A stretch of 63,991 bases of DNA, counting the filler, from Barthelona sp. PAP020 (taxonomy: Eukaryota): NCBI GenBank assembly GCA_040182905.1. It is 39 parts of 39 records of this genome, joined end to end, with 100 filler letters (N's around TTAATTAATTAA, not from the genome) between each part and the next. Parts side by side here need not be neighbours in the genome. Positions count along the whole stretch, not along the records: positions 21,082 to 22,673 come from JARQWU010000940.1; positions 22,774 to 24,356 come from JARQWU010000941.1; positions 24,457 to 26,037 come from JARQWU010000942.1; positions 26,138 to 27,702 come from JARQWU010000943.1; positions 27,803 to 29,361 come from JARQWU010000944.1; positions 29,462 to 31,018 come from JARQWU010000945.1; positions 31,119 to 32,667 come from JARQWU010000946.1; positions 32,768 to 34,304 come from JARQWU010000947.1; 31 more parts are not named here. One strand, 5' to 3'. A program made the position numbers and the translations under genes. The notes under the pieces are model-generated. The model had not been told where the DNA came from, ran no database searches, and was given only the letters and a program-made list of their open reading frames with translations. Of this stretch, positions 21,185 through 32,769 are shown piece by piece (positions within the stretch are counted from its first letter, which is position 1; each line of letters opens with the position of its first letter).

Positions 21185-21706
21185 TCATGATGCAAAACAG
21201 AAAATGATTATAAAAGCTTTTACAAGGATTATAGGATGAGAAGGTTGGCTAGTTAGTGTTTGTCAATTCTTGATCTGAGTTTAGTTCGTGAACTGAATGC
21301 CCTTTATAAAAAAAAAGAATCAACCTTTAGTTGATCTGCCATATTTAAAATTTTGATTTAATTTGATAACATATTCCAATTTTGAAATTCCAACTTGCTC
21401 AGAAATGGCGGGAAAGTTTTTCCTGCACCGGAAAACATTCTTTTCTCTTTTCCCGCAAAGTTCTTGCTCCAGGCTGAAACTTTGTAGGATTAATATCTGA
21501 TACTGGTTGATCTAGTGTAGGGAAACAAGCTAGCATATTGTGGGTTTTGCTTGACTCACACAAACGCATGCATGTTTATGGTTGAGACTGCGATTCTTCA
21601 CAGTTGAATGTGATTATTCTGTTCCTTCCCACGCATCAATTTATGAATTTTTTACATCGTTTCAAAGATAAAACAGAGTTAGTCTTTGCTACTTAATATC
21701 TTTAAG

Positions 21707-22018
21707 TTATTTCCAAGCCAAGAAGCACTGTGCGTATAAGTGAATAAAAAAGAATGGTGTTTATTTGGTTAAAGGCTTTCGAGGGCCGATTGATCTCTTG
21801 AAAAACATAGATTTTCTAAGGTAAAGTTTAAACTTTAAAATTTTGCTTTTGCAAAAATAGAAAAAAATAGGAATGAAGAATTTTTCCAAAATTTTCATAC
21901 TTGATAAGCAAGATTCAATTGCAGCCACTCATTTTCTGTGGCTGACATTTAATGAAATGAGTTTTCTCTGATCACTTTTTCTTTGTAAATAAATAAAGTT
22001 GTTTCACAACTTGACCAA
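21707..22018 (+). mobile_element. Repeat family A, full-length (~310 bp) non-coding element
   Basis: Reference copy with defined ends TTATTTCCAAGCC...CTTGACCAA; about 10 full or partial copies in the window. Confidence 0.75.
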
Positions 22019-22362
22019 AATTTTCAAATAGTTTGAAGATGTCCCATCATAAATTTTTAATATGAATAGAAATCACAAATTGTAGAGATCAAAGAAACCA
22101 TGTTTATTATCATTGTCGCACTTTGTTTGAAATAAATCTGCTTCATGAAAAAGAAACAAGAAACTAACTTGTTTTAAGTTTGAATAAGTTTCAATTATCT
22201 GGTAAAACTCCTTAAATGAACCAAATTCTTTAATTTCTATTGTCTTAAAACAGTACAGAGACTGGAGTGAAAAATAGAAGACAACTGTAAATTTTTAGAA
22301 TTGTTTTCACCCCCCCAACAACCTCAGTAAATTTGAAGATAATTACTCTTTTTTCCAGAGGA

Positions 22363-22593
22363 ATGCTCTCAAAATTGCGTGAAAGCGGTCGGACCGCAAA
22401 AGTTAATACAGGTGTTGCATTTTCTCAAGTGGGAGAAAAAATGGGTAATTTTGGGAGATTTATTGCTTCCAAATCAAAACAGTTTGCAAAATCATCAAAA
22501 CAATGGTATGATGAAAGGATGAAAAAAGATTCAGATAAAGATTTATTGCCTCAAGAAAACGGAGGTATTGGTTTCCACAACGAAACTGTTTGA
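22363..22593 (+). CDS. Small basic hypothetical protein
   Basis: 76-aa ATG ORF MLSKLRESG... Confidence 0.4.
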   Translation: MLSKLRESGRTAKVNTGVAFSQVGEKMGNFGRFIASKSKQFAKSSKQWYDERMKKDSDKDLLPQENGGIGFHNETV

Positions 22594-23014
22594 AGTGAAA
22601 TTTTAAACAATTTGAGGGTTCAAAAAAAAAAAAAAAAAAAAAAATATAAAAAAATAAAAAAAAAAAAAAAAAANNNNNNNNNNNNNNNNNNNNNNNNNNN
22701 NNNNNNNNNNNNNNNNNTTAATTAATTAANNNNNNNNNNNNNNNNNNNNNNNNNNNNNNNNNNNNNNNNNNNNACTCGCATTACGTTAAAGAAGAGATTA
22801 AGTGCAGCAGGTGTTAATTTTAAAAAACAACACACAGTGGAGGAATTTCTTCAGAAAAAATGATTTTTTTTTTTTGCTTTGATTCTGGATTTCTTCTGTA
22901 AATAGATTTTAGTTTTTTTTGTATGAACCAAATCATGTTTTTTTCTTTGTGATTTCTTTTTCCTTGATTCATTGGGCATTTTGACATTTTTTTTTGTTGA
23001 AGAAATTTGATGAA

Positions 23015-24356
23015 AATGAGTGTTGAACCTTTTGAAATTTTGCGTAGTGCATATCAAAATATTCAACAATTGACTATGATGGCTGAAACCGGACGAAAAA
23101 GAGATATTACCATTTTAATCAGAAATCAAGTTGACATTGGCGAAAAATTAATTGATTTTATAAAATCAATAAACATAAACATTGTTAATTTGAAATGTTG
23201 TCATCAAAGGATTGAATATTTTGACATAGGTGTAGAAATTGCATTTTATTGTTTTTCAATTTTGCATCCTTCATCTTTAAATCAATATTATGAGAGTATT
23301 GATAATATTTTTTCCTATCAATTAAAGTTACAAAATATTTGTTCTCAATTAATTTTTCTTTGCATTCATTCATTCAATTTAATTCTTGGAACTTATCCTA
23401 ATATTGATATTAGCTATGCTCAAACATATGCATTGGACATTGTAAACAGTTTGTTTTCCATGGGACGAATCAGAGTAATTTTATCGTTATATCATTTGAT
23501 TTCTACTGATCAAACACTTTCAGAAATTAATGTTAATGAGTTATTTCAAAAAATATTGATACAATGTTTCTTTTGTTCTTTTTTAGTTGGTTTTAATTTT
23601 CATGATTTTGAACTTGATAATGTTTGGACGCTATTGATTTTAGAAGATAATAATGTTAAAGAACAATTAGAAGAAGCATTTGTAGATTATTTAAGGGATG
23701 TTAAAAGCATGTGTATTGAAGAATCGTTACCGTCTGTTCAAGAAGATTCCTTTATTGATAGAGAAATGTTAAAAGATAATAAATTTTGTGAAGAAAATGT
23801 TAATAATTCTTTTAAAAGTGCTGGATTAGATTTAAAGAAAATTTTGGCTTTGAATATTACAAAAGATCAAGTTATATCACCGAAGAAAATTACTTCACAG
23901 AGGTTGAATGTAGAAACTTGCTATTTAGATTTTTTTAAAAACATTGATGATTCTTACAATTCGTTAAATTCTAGTTCTTTGAACGAAGCGTTAGATAGGC
24001 TTCCGATAAAAAAAAATAAGCAAAATGTTGTTTTACCATTTTCCAAATATGTTACTTTGATGTGTTGTTTAACTTCTTCTCTAACTGATTTTAAGTGGTT
24101 TAATATTGTTTTAGATCCTCTAAAAGATGATTTTTCAAAGATAACAATTCAATGGTATTTGGAAAAAATTAAAGAGAGAATTGGGAATGAAATTACTGTG
24201 GAACTAAGTGATTTAATATTTCCTACAACAAAATTGGATATTATTGATGGTAAACAACGTGTATTTATATTTCCTTGTTGTTATAAACCATTTGATGAAG
24301 AATTTCATGTGTATTTTGAGCAACAACATCCACTTCTTGTATATTTTGATACTTTT
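23015..24356 (+). CDS. Hypothetical protein (3' partial)
   Basis: More than 440 codons open to the contig end. Confidence 0.75.
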
Positions 24357-24456
24357 NNNNNNNNNNNNNNNNNNNNNNNNNNNNNNNNNNNNNNNNNNNN
24401 TTAATTAATTAANNNNNNNNNNNNNNNNNNNNNNNNNNNNNNNNNNNNNNNNNNNN

Positions 24457-24684
24457 AAAGTTTAAACTTTACCTTAGAAAATCTAAAGTTTTTCAACAGA
24501 TCAATCGGGCCTCGAAAGCCTTTAACCAAATAAACACTATTCTTTTTTATTCACTTATACGCACAGTGCTTCTTGGCTTGGAAATAATTGGGCATCTGAA
24601 TCCACGTAAGTTTTTTCCCAAACCTTAAGCTAACTCGTTTCGTTGTTCATTGAACAACTCATACCTCATAAATATCTAATAAAA
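24457..24684. repeat. Family A (minus) abutting family B (plus)
   Basis: Junction GGAAATAA-TTGGGCATCTG near 24588. Confidence 0.9.
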
Positions 24685-26399
24685 AATTCAATTCCTCAGT
24701 GTTCATCTTTGTTTTTTCAAATTGATTTTCAATACTTAAATTTCTTCAGACGCATTTTGGTTCAAATTTACTTAATAAAATCATGGGTTCATTTTCTCTG
24801 GATAAATTGGTTGATTCACGACAAACCCAAAATTTCCATGTTTAGTCATTACGATTGAATCTCAGCAACGGTGTTCTACAATTGATATAATATTTTTACT
24901 GTTTAACAAACTTGACTTCACAAAATACCAGCCAATTGATTAATTTTCACGAAAAAATGACACTCAAAAACACCCAACTCTGTATCACAGCTTTCTATTC
25001 ATATTTTAAATTTGTAGTATTTGGATTAAAGTGTTACCCACATTTTATGAACCCTTCAATTTTTTTGTTGATAATTAAGCAGTGAACTTGCGAAGCGCAC
25101 TTTCTTTACTCCAGCCAAAAGTAGAAGCTCTCTAACCAACTAACTAAGCCTTACCTTGTTTGATTCCAATACATACTTGGGTTAAATGGATCAGTAATGC
25201 ATAACAAATATTTGAATATATATTTCTGATTCCTGTTGCTTTCAATCAAAGGCAGTTATATGTGATGAATGAATACTTTGGGTTGATTTTCATTTTTTTT
25301 CTGACTTTTTTAAAAAAAAATTACAAAAAACTCTGGGATAGAATTATTGTTCTAAACAAAGTCCAAATCCCTGAGTTTCTTGTTTATAAACATTTTGATT
25401 ACCAAATGAACAAGAAACAATAATTTTTATTTGGCTAAAAGCTTTTCTGTCAAATTGATCTTTTGATATTATTAATTTCTCTAACCTGGAAGTTAAAACT
25501 TCAATATTTTGCTTTTCCTAAAAAGAACAAATATTTTTTTTTTCTTTTTTCAGTGTCTTTCCTTCACTGTGGTTGAAATTTATCTTGATGAGTTTTAGGG
25601 GTTAATTCTCTTGATAAATAAATATAACTGTTTCATGAATTTAGAAACATCTCCATAATAAATATAGAAGTATATAATCATCGCAAATGCACAAACTCAA
25701 ATGGGTCTATGATCAATCATTTGACGAATCATTGTTTTCAAAGGTAAACAGGGTTAAATCATCACCTAAAGTGTGATCCACTTGAATATTCTATTTGTTT
25801 TGAAATCTAACAAAAAAAAATAAAATTAAAAATGATCCTTCCAAACAAGCCAGGTTCTTTTCAGTCACTTAAAAATCTTTTGCTTCGTTTTCACCAATTT
25901 ACCCCTTAATTGTTGACTTTTCGAAATTTTAAAAAAATAATTGAAAATAATATCATACCAAAATTCATTTGTTCTGTTCATCAATGCTCAATATTGAAAA
26001 AAAAAAAAAAAAAAAAAACAAAAAAAAACTAAAAAAANNNNNNNNNNNNNNNNNNNNNNNNNNNNNNNNNNNNNNNNNNNNTTAATTAATTAANNNNNNN
26101 NNNNNNNNNNNNNNNNNNNNNNNNNNNNNNNNNNNNNGGAAGCTGAAAAAGATGATGAACAAAGACGTTTAGATGAAGAAGCAAGAGCTGTTGCCGAAGA
26201 AAATGCTCAATCAATGGAACCTTCTCGTAATACTGGATTCTAAAACCTGCTTTTAAGATGGAATACATTGTTCTTTGTAAATGTTTGTGGCTTGTTTTTT
26301 TTTTTTTTATATCTTAAACATATTCTTGAAAACATTTTTTCAGAGTGAATCATTTTCAAAACAAAATGAAATAAAAATTGATTTTTTATTTATTTCGAC

Positions 26400-27392
26400 A
26401 TGACACCAAAATTAGTAATAGCCATGGCAGGGCCTGTTGAATTGCATGATTCGATTGCAGAACTTACTTCTGTATTTTGTGAGACAGAAATTTTTCACAA
26501 AAATTCAAACCCAGAATTCTTTATTGAAGCGCTTTCTGAAGCTACATATGCTATTCTTGATGGTAAAATTTTTGACATGGAGGTTTACATTAGAGCTATC
26601 GAACAAAATTCAACTTTGAAAATGATTCAATGTCCTTGGGCAGGTATTCAGCCATTTGTAAGCATATTAGAAAATAGAAAAGATATAATATTATGTAATA
26701 ATCATTCAAACAGTTTGCATGTCAGTCAACATGCTATTTCCATGCTTTTTTCATTGTTGTATGGTACAGTGTTACCTTTTCCTGTTCTACCTTTTCATAA
26801 AACTTTAAATTCATTAAATTTGAGAATAGGAATGATGGGTACTGGATCGATAGCTAGTAAAATTCTTCAATTTTTGGCACCTTTTCCTTTTGAGTTTATT
26901 GGACTGCGAAGAACCAAACAAAATGACGATTTCTATTCAGAAATGTATGATTTTACTGAAATAGATATGTTTATGTCGAAATGTGACATATTAATGGTAT
27001 CATTACCCAAAACCGAATTGACAGAAGGAATGCTAAATAGAGATCGTTTGGAAGCATTTACCATTAATTCTCGTTTAGGAGGTGTTATTGTATCTGTTGG
27101 GAGATCTGCTGTTTTCAAAGAAAAAGACTTATTCGATATGTTGAAAGAGAAAAAGCTAAAAGCCTTCTCTTCTGATGTTTGGTGGAGAGAGACCAATTTG
27201 AAAGAATTTGATGACGGAAAATATCCTTTCAACGAGCCTTTTCATTTGTTGGATAATGTTCTGTTTTCTCCACACAGAGCTGATAGTCCAACATTTGATT
27301 TATCGTTATTTAAACCAATTATTGATAATATTGAAGCTTTTATGAAAGGTGATGAATATATTTGGAAAGTTAATCTTGAGCATGGATATTGA
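26400..27392 (+). CDS. D-isomer-specific 2-hydroxyacid dehydrogenase
   Basis: GMMGTGSIA Rossmann motif, SLPKTELTEGML, VSVGR, SDVW, SPHRA. Confidence 0.9.
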   Translation: MTPKLVIAMAGPVELHDSIAELTSVFCETEIFHKNSNPEFFIEALSEATYAILDGKIFDMEVYIRAIEQNSTLKMIQCPWAGIQPFVSILENRKDIILCNNHSNSLHVSQHAISMLFSLLYGTVLPFPVLPFHKTLNSLNLRIGMMGTGSIASKILQFLAPFPFEFIGLRRTKQNDDFYSEMYDFTEIDMFMSKCDILMVSLPKTELTEGMLNRDRLEAFTINSRLGGVIVSVGRSAVFKEKDLFDMLKEKKLKAFSSDVWWRETNLKEFDDGKYPFNEPFHLLDNVLFSPHRADSPTFDLSLFKPIIDNIEAFMKGDEYIWKVNLEHGY

Positions 27393-27811
27393 TCATATGT
27401 AAATTTATTTTTTTTATTTTTTAAAAGAATTCAGTCAATTTCATGAATTTCTGTTCAATTTTTTTTATTTTTTGAAATATTTGCACAATTTGATTGAATA
27501 CAGTAAGCTTTTTGATTAATTGATTTTGAAATGTTTGGAAGAAAGACACCCAAGAAATCTCAAAGAGAATCCATTAAGAATTCCATTTTGATGAAAAAAA
27601 AAAAAAAAAAAAAAAACAGCAACTTTTATTCCAAACTACTCAAAAACAAATTTAAAAATCGAACACATCCTCTTTATTGACTTCAGGTTCTATTTTTTCA
27701 GANNNNNNNNNNNNNNNNNNNNNNNNNNNNNNNNNNNNNNNNNNNNTTAATTAATTAANNNNNNNNNNNNNNNNNNNNNNNNNNNNNNNNNNNNNNNNNN
27801 NNTTTCCAGAT

Positions 27812-28817
27812 TTAAAATTTTCTTTCTTGTGGGATTATTAGCTTTATATGCAGGAGTATTTTGGTTAGTTCTTCCTTTGCGTCTTCTTTCGGTGAAATTT
27901 TTGTTGTTGCCAAATTAATTTTATATCCAACTCTTTTTTTTATCAAATGAAATGTTGAAATTGACAGGAAATGAGTCACAATCACGATGAACTTTTTGAA
28001 TCTCCTGAAAGCTACTAATATCAAAAGAAGTAAATATAACCATTACTTGACATAACCATACCAATAGGTGTCAAGAAATGAAGTGCCCACACTTCACCAC
28101 CAATATTGAATGTGTGAAGAAGTAATCCATCACCCGTATTTCAGAACTTCAATTTGTTTGAACAATCACCAACCGCAACTATTGGTCCATTAGGATGGAA
28201 TTCAACAGCTTTAACTTCATGTTCATGATTGAAAACACAAATTACAGACAAGCTCTCTGATCATATCAATTTAACAGTATAATCATTGCAGTTAAGCCAT
28301 TTTGAATGTGACGATAATTGAATCTCCCAAATACTTTGGGAATGAATCTTTTTGTTTTGAACAACTTCAAGACTATCCAAGTTCCATTTGTGAAGATACC
28401 CATTGTTGTTTATTGAATATAAAAACGAAGAACAATGCGAAAAACAAGCCCCAAAAAGAAAAATGTCATAATACAAAACATCCAAATAATAAAAATCATG
28501 TTTAAGGTCATAAGTACAAATGGAATAATCATTGGAACAAGTTGCTAAATATTTTCCATCCGATGAAATAGCAACACATACACAAAGTCAGTATACTCTC
28601 GCAAAATATGCTTCAGTTGATGTGTTTCTGTTTCAAAAACATACGCTGTTTTCATTGAATAAATGACAAAATGCTTCCCATTTGGTGAATATTTACAATC
28701 ATAAATATAATTGTTAATTGCTCCTTCAATTGCTGTTACATTCTTTTTATCAATTTTTAAAGGGAGATTATTTCTGATTTTCATCATCAAGACCTTTTTT
28801 TTTGTTTCACTGTACAT
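27812..28817 (-). pseudogene. WD40 pseudogene, paralog of 1891-3063
   Basis: Collinear similarity (KIHSQSIWEIQLS; EFHP; KF*NTGDGLLLHTF; LHFLTP; FQEIQKVH) broken by stops and frameshifts. Confidence 0.85.
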
Positions 28818-29153
28818 GCAAAAAGATCTTTTAAAAATATTTTCTTTTTTTTGAAATTATTTGTAAATTCTTATATAGTTTAATTTCAGTTTTTAAAAAA
28901 TTGTAATGTGTTCATGAAGGAGTAATGTTAGTATTATAATTTAAATTATTAATAATGTTTGAGATATTTAGTTGTGTATCCGTTTTTATGTTCAAATATT
29001 TGATGTTTTGATGCTAAGAGAATTTTGATATTTAAAATATATGAAATCTTTTTATTTTTTGATAAAATTTGAATGACTGTAAAAAAATTCCATACAAAAA
29101 AAATTCATTTAATTTCCTTTTTTAAAATAAAAAGGTATTTGTTTTCTCCTGTA

Positions 29154-29244
29154 ACCAACGTGGTGTAATTAGTAGCACACTTGTCGTTTATTGAATTCAT
29201 TGCTTCGTTATTGAGGGGTCCTCGTGCAATTCGAGGCGTTGGTA
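29154..29244 (+). ncRNA. Atypical tRNA-like gene (91 nt), anticodon undetermined
   Basis: Perfect acceptor stem ACCAACG/CGTTGGT+A, D stem GTGT/GCAC, T stem CCTCG/CGAGG and T8 terminator; 36-nt irregular anticodon region. Confidence 0.75.
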
Positions 29245-29250
29245 TTTTTT

Positions 29251-29361
29251 TTCACTCGACATTTCACGTTAGGTACAAGAAAAGGTATACGAAAGCTTTT
29301 ATATACGGTGTGTTATTGAAATGAGTAGTTGGGAAAGCCTTGAATTTGAATCCTGGCTGTT
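29251..29361 (+). repeat. TTCACTCGACA stub plus module C3, directly after the tRNA-like gene
   Basis: Near-identical to the C4' head (40673) and to C3 (13957). Confidence 0.9.
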
Positions 29362-29778
29362 NNNNNNNNNNNNNNNNNNNNNNNNNNNNNNNNNNNNNNN
29401 NNNNNTTAATTAATTAANNNNNNNNNNNNNNNNNNNNNNNNNNNNNNNNNNNNNNNNNNNNGAACAAAGATCGTGTTCCTATGGTATTAGAACAATCCCA
29501 GTTGGTAAAAACGAAACATTCTGAAATTTTCAAACGTTTAAAATATTCAAAGGCAATCATTCAATCTCTAGTCTCTTCTAAATAAATAAACATGTTACAA
29601 ATTTTTATTTTTTTTGACTGACATACAAATGTTTCCATTTGATTAATAATAATTGAAAATCAAAAACAATTCCTTTCAGTCAAAAGAAATTTTCGAAAAA
29701 ATAATTAAAAAAAATTCAAAATCTTAAAGAATTTATTTTATATCGTATCTTTCAAAAATTAGGGAAAAAACAAAGGAA

Positions 29779-31017
29779 TTATTGCAAAGATATAGAATTA
29801 ACCCCTCTGGGAATCATACCACCAGAGTAATGACCACGTTTCTTTTTGGTTTTGGCTGCTTTCCAAGATTTTCCTCGTGTAGGTCTCATTTCCATTTCAG
29901 CTCTTTTATCAAATTCTGAAATCTTGTGGTCCCGTCTGAAATGATGCGTAAAATTGACGTCGTCAACATTGAATCTTGTCCTAAATTGTCCTGGTGCACG
30001 TTTTTTGTTGGGATTATATTTATTTGCTCTATCATCATCATTATGTCTATCATTAGCTTCTTTATTGAAGTTTTTCTTCTCAGACTCACTCTCTGATTCA
30101 CTCTCTGATTCTTCCTTTTCAGGCTCACTTTCAGAATCATCTTTTTCTTCTTTCTTCTCTTCTTCTTTTTCAGATTCGCTCTCAGATTCAGACTCAGATT
30201 CATTTTCGGACTCGGATTCAGATTCAGATTCAGATTCTTCCTTCTCTTCTTCCTTTTCAGATTCGCTTTCGGATTCGGATTCGGACTCAGACTCAGACTC
30301 TTCCTTTTCTTCTTCCTTTTCTGATTCACTTTCACTTTCGGATTCAGATGCAGACTCTTCCTTCTCTTCCTCCTTTTCTGATTCACTTTCGGATTCAGAC
30401 TCAGATTCAGACTCAGATTCTTCCTTCTCAGATTCAGACTCAGATTCTTCCTTCTCAGATTCAGACTCAGATTCTTCCTTCTCGGATTCCTTCTCTTCTT
30501 CCTTTTCTGATTCACTTTCACTTTCGGATTCGGACTCTGATTCAGATTCAGATTCAGATTCAGACTCTTCCTTCTTTTCAGATTCACTTTCGGATTCAGA
30601 CTCAGACTCAGATTCTTCCTTCTCGGATTCCTCAGATTCAGACTCTTCCTTTTCTTCTTCCTTTTCAGATTCACTTTCAGACTCAGATTCGGATTCAGAC
30701 TCTTCCTTCTCTTCCTCCTTTTCAGATTCACTTTCGGATTCAGACTCAGACTCAGATTCTTCCTTCTCGGATTCCTTCTCAGATTCATTTTCGGATTCTG
30801 ATTCTGATTCTGATTCTGATTCAGATTCAGACTCTTCCTTTTCTTCTTCCTTTTCAGATTCACTTTCAGACTCAGATTCGGATTCAGACTCTTCCTTCTC
30901 TTCTTCCTTTTCTGATTCACTTTCGGACTCGGATTCAGACTCAGATTCAGATTCAGATTCAGATTCAGATTCTTCCTTTTCTTCTTCCTTTTCACTTTCA
31001 GATTCAGACTCGGACTC
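29779..31017 (-). CDS. NOLC1: Nopp140/Srp40 nucleolar phosphoprotein (5' partial); this frame is missing from the ORF track
   Basis: (SE)n/EKEEEKEE repeats ending in [33 protein letters not shown], the SRP40 C-terminal domain. Confidence 0.9.
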   Translation of the reverse strand, partial: ESESESESEKEEEKEESESESESESESESESESESEKEEEKEESESESESESESEKEEEKEESESESESESESESENESEKESEKEESESESESESESEKEEEKEESESESESESESEKEEEKEESESEESEKEESESESESESESEKKEESESESESESESESESESESEKEEEKESEKEESESESEKEESESESEKEESESESESESESESEKEEEKEESASESESESESEKEEEKEESESESESESESESEKEEEKEESESESESESENESESESESESEKEEEKKEEKDDSESEPEKEESESESESESEKKNFNKEANDRHNDDDRANKYNPNKKRAPGQFRTRFNVDDVNFTHHFRRDHKISEFDKRAEMEMRPTRGKSWKAAKTKKKRGHYSGGMIPRGVNSISLQ

Positions 31018-31119
31018 ANNNNNNNNNNNNNNNNNNNNNNNNNNNNNNNNNNNNNNNNNNNNTTAATTAATTAANNNNNNNNNNNNNNNNNNNNNNNNNN
31101 NNNNNNNNNNNNNNNNNNG

Positions 31120-31446
31120 TCTTCTTTAACCACATGTTCGATTTGCCCTTTGGGATATTATTCATCTGCAGGATCCAAAAGTTGTACCCGTTGTTCTTTC
31201 TTTCATGCATGTGACAGTACCCCTCTAGGAAAACCAAAACTTTTGCACATGTATTTTGTTGCCCCAATTTTATGTTTAGTATTTATCAGTTTTATTGGAC
31301 ATGTATTAATTATGTTTTATGAATCTAAAATACCTGTAAAAGAAACTGACACTGATAATGATGGTTTTGAACAAAAAGATGAGATTTCTGACACATTTAA
31401 CATTTCTTCTGATGATGAAAAAGATGAACCTTTGATTGAAACATGA
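31120..31446 (+). CDS. Cys-rich single-pass membrane protein, C-terminal fragment
   Basis: TCSICPLGYYSSAGSKSCTRC (GCC2/GCC3-like repeat), a hydrophobic TM segment and an acidic tail. Confidence 0.7.
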   Translation, partial: SSLTTCSICPLGYYSSAGSKSCTRCSFFHACDSTPLGKPKLLHMYFVAPILCLVFISFIGHVLIMFYESKIPVKETDTDNDGFEQKDEISDTFNISSDDEKDEPLIET

Positions 31447-31555
31447 TAAATAAATAAAAAGAATTTTTTTTTTGTGAATTTTATTGCTTTAATTTTCGCG
31501 GCGTTTTTAACAAAAAACAGCATAATTTTATTCCTCTAAACACTGAACAAAGGAT

Positions 31556-32440
31556 TTAGTGTAAATTAGTTTTCTTTGAATATATGTGATATTTGGGTTC
31601 ACGAACATCACCTCCTAAAATTAATAAGGAATTTGAAACACAAAAAGCTTCAGAACCAAAACTATCAACACTTTGAATCAATGTTTTGTCAACAATACTC
31701 CATATTGAAACAATATTTTTTTCTTGCAAAGCAATTAAAATGTCATTTTGACAAAAATCAAAATCAATAACGGAAACTCCATCGTTTAATGAGAGGATTC
31801 TTTTCATTTTTTCAATATCCCATATTTCTACACCTCTATCATAACTGCTTATTGCAATTTGACTGTAATCAAAATTAAATTTGACACAAGTAACTTGCTT
31901 TTCATATTGAAAAGTCTTTTCGATATTAAATGAATCATCTAATAATTTAGCTTTACCATCATATGAACCAGTTATAATAAATCTATCATTCAAAGAAACA
32001 TCCAAACGCCAAATAGGTTTTGAATGAACTTTTTTTCTTTTAACTAATCTTCCAGTTAAACAATCAAATTCAGACAAATATCCATTATTCCCACCAACAA
32101 AAATATGAGAAGAAACTTTTGAAAACGCACAGCAACAACAACCACCAGTGCTTTCTAAAGTTCTGGTCAAATGCCAATCATTAGTATTGTAGAGATTTAT
32201 CGTGCGATCCCAAGAAGCAGTTGCCAAAGTATTTCCAGAAGAGGAAAATGCTACATGATGTACTTGATGTTTATGGTCATCTAAATCAATTATTAGTGAC
32301 ATAGAATCAACATCCCATACTTCAACGGTCATATCTTCACTCGCACTGGCAAAAAATTTTCGATTTGGTGAAAAACACATGGAAACAACAATTTCTGAAT
32401 GATCATTCTCAATTTCATAACTCTCTTTTTCTAAAAACAT
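31556..32440 (-). CDS. WD40-repeat protein
   Basis: ASASEDMTVEVWD, ATASWDRTINLYN, ITGSYDGKAKL. Confidence 0.9.
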   Translation of the reverse strand: MFLEKESYEIENDHSEIVVSMCFSPNRKFFASASEDMTVEVWDVDSMSLIIDLDDHKHQVHHVAFSSSGNTLATASWDRTINLYNTNDWHLTRTLESTGGCCCCAFSKVSSHIFVGGNNGYLSEFDCLTGRLVKRKKVHSKPIWRLDVSLNDRFIITGSYDGKAKLLDDSFNIEKTFQYEKQVTCVKFNFDYSQIAISSYDRGVEIWDIEKMKRILSLNDGVSVIDFDFCQNDILIALQEKNIVSIWSIVDKTLIQSVDSFGSEAFCVSNSLLILGGDVREPKYHIYSKKTNLH

Positions 32441-32769
32441 GATGATTTGTTGAACAAAATGATAAAATCAAAATGGGTGGAAAAAAAAAATCATTTTATT
32501 TGCATGCGGAAAAATATGAAATTTCCAAAAAAAAACATATATGAACAAGCACATTTTACAAAAATTGTGTCAAGAAAACTATATTTGAAAAGCTTAGAAA
32601 TACTTGGATAATTCGATGCAAAGATCAATGACACGGTTGGAATAACCAGCTTCATTATCATACCAAGNNNNNNNNNNNNNNNNNNNNNNNNNNNNNNNNN
32701 NNNNNNNNNNNTTAATTAATTAANNNNNNNNNNNNNNNNNNNNNNNNNNNNNNNNNNNNNNNNNNNNAT

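Noticed and set aside
21508..21521. GATCTAGTGTAG resembling the U2 snRNA branch-pairing region
   Set aside because: Lacks the following TATCTG and the U2 5' stem; too short to support.
28141..28143. In-frame TGA at a Trp position of the WD40 paralog (UGA=Trp recoding?)
   Set aside because: The same locus has frameshifts and another stop; intact genes use TGG for Trp and many end in TGA.
29190..29205. TCA or CAT triplet in the tRNA-like gene read as a tRNA-Sec, suppressor or initiator anticodon
   Set aside because: Neither sits in a proper 5-bp stem/7-nt loop; there is no Sec-type long variable arm or initiator G-C anticodon stem.
29954..31066. Ser-Asp repeat ORF resembling staphylococcal Sdr/Clf adhesins
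   Set aside because: Antisense shadow of the Nopp140 SE-repeat frame, which carries the recognisable domain.
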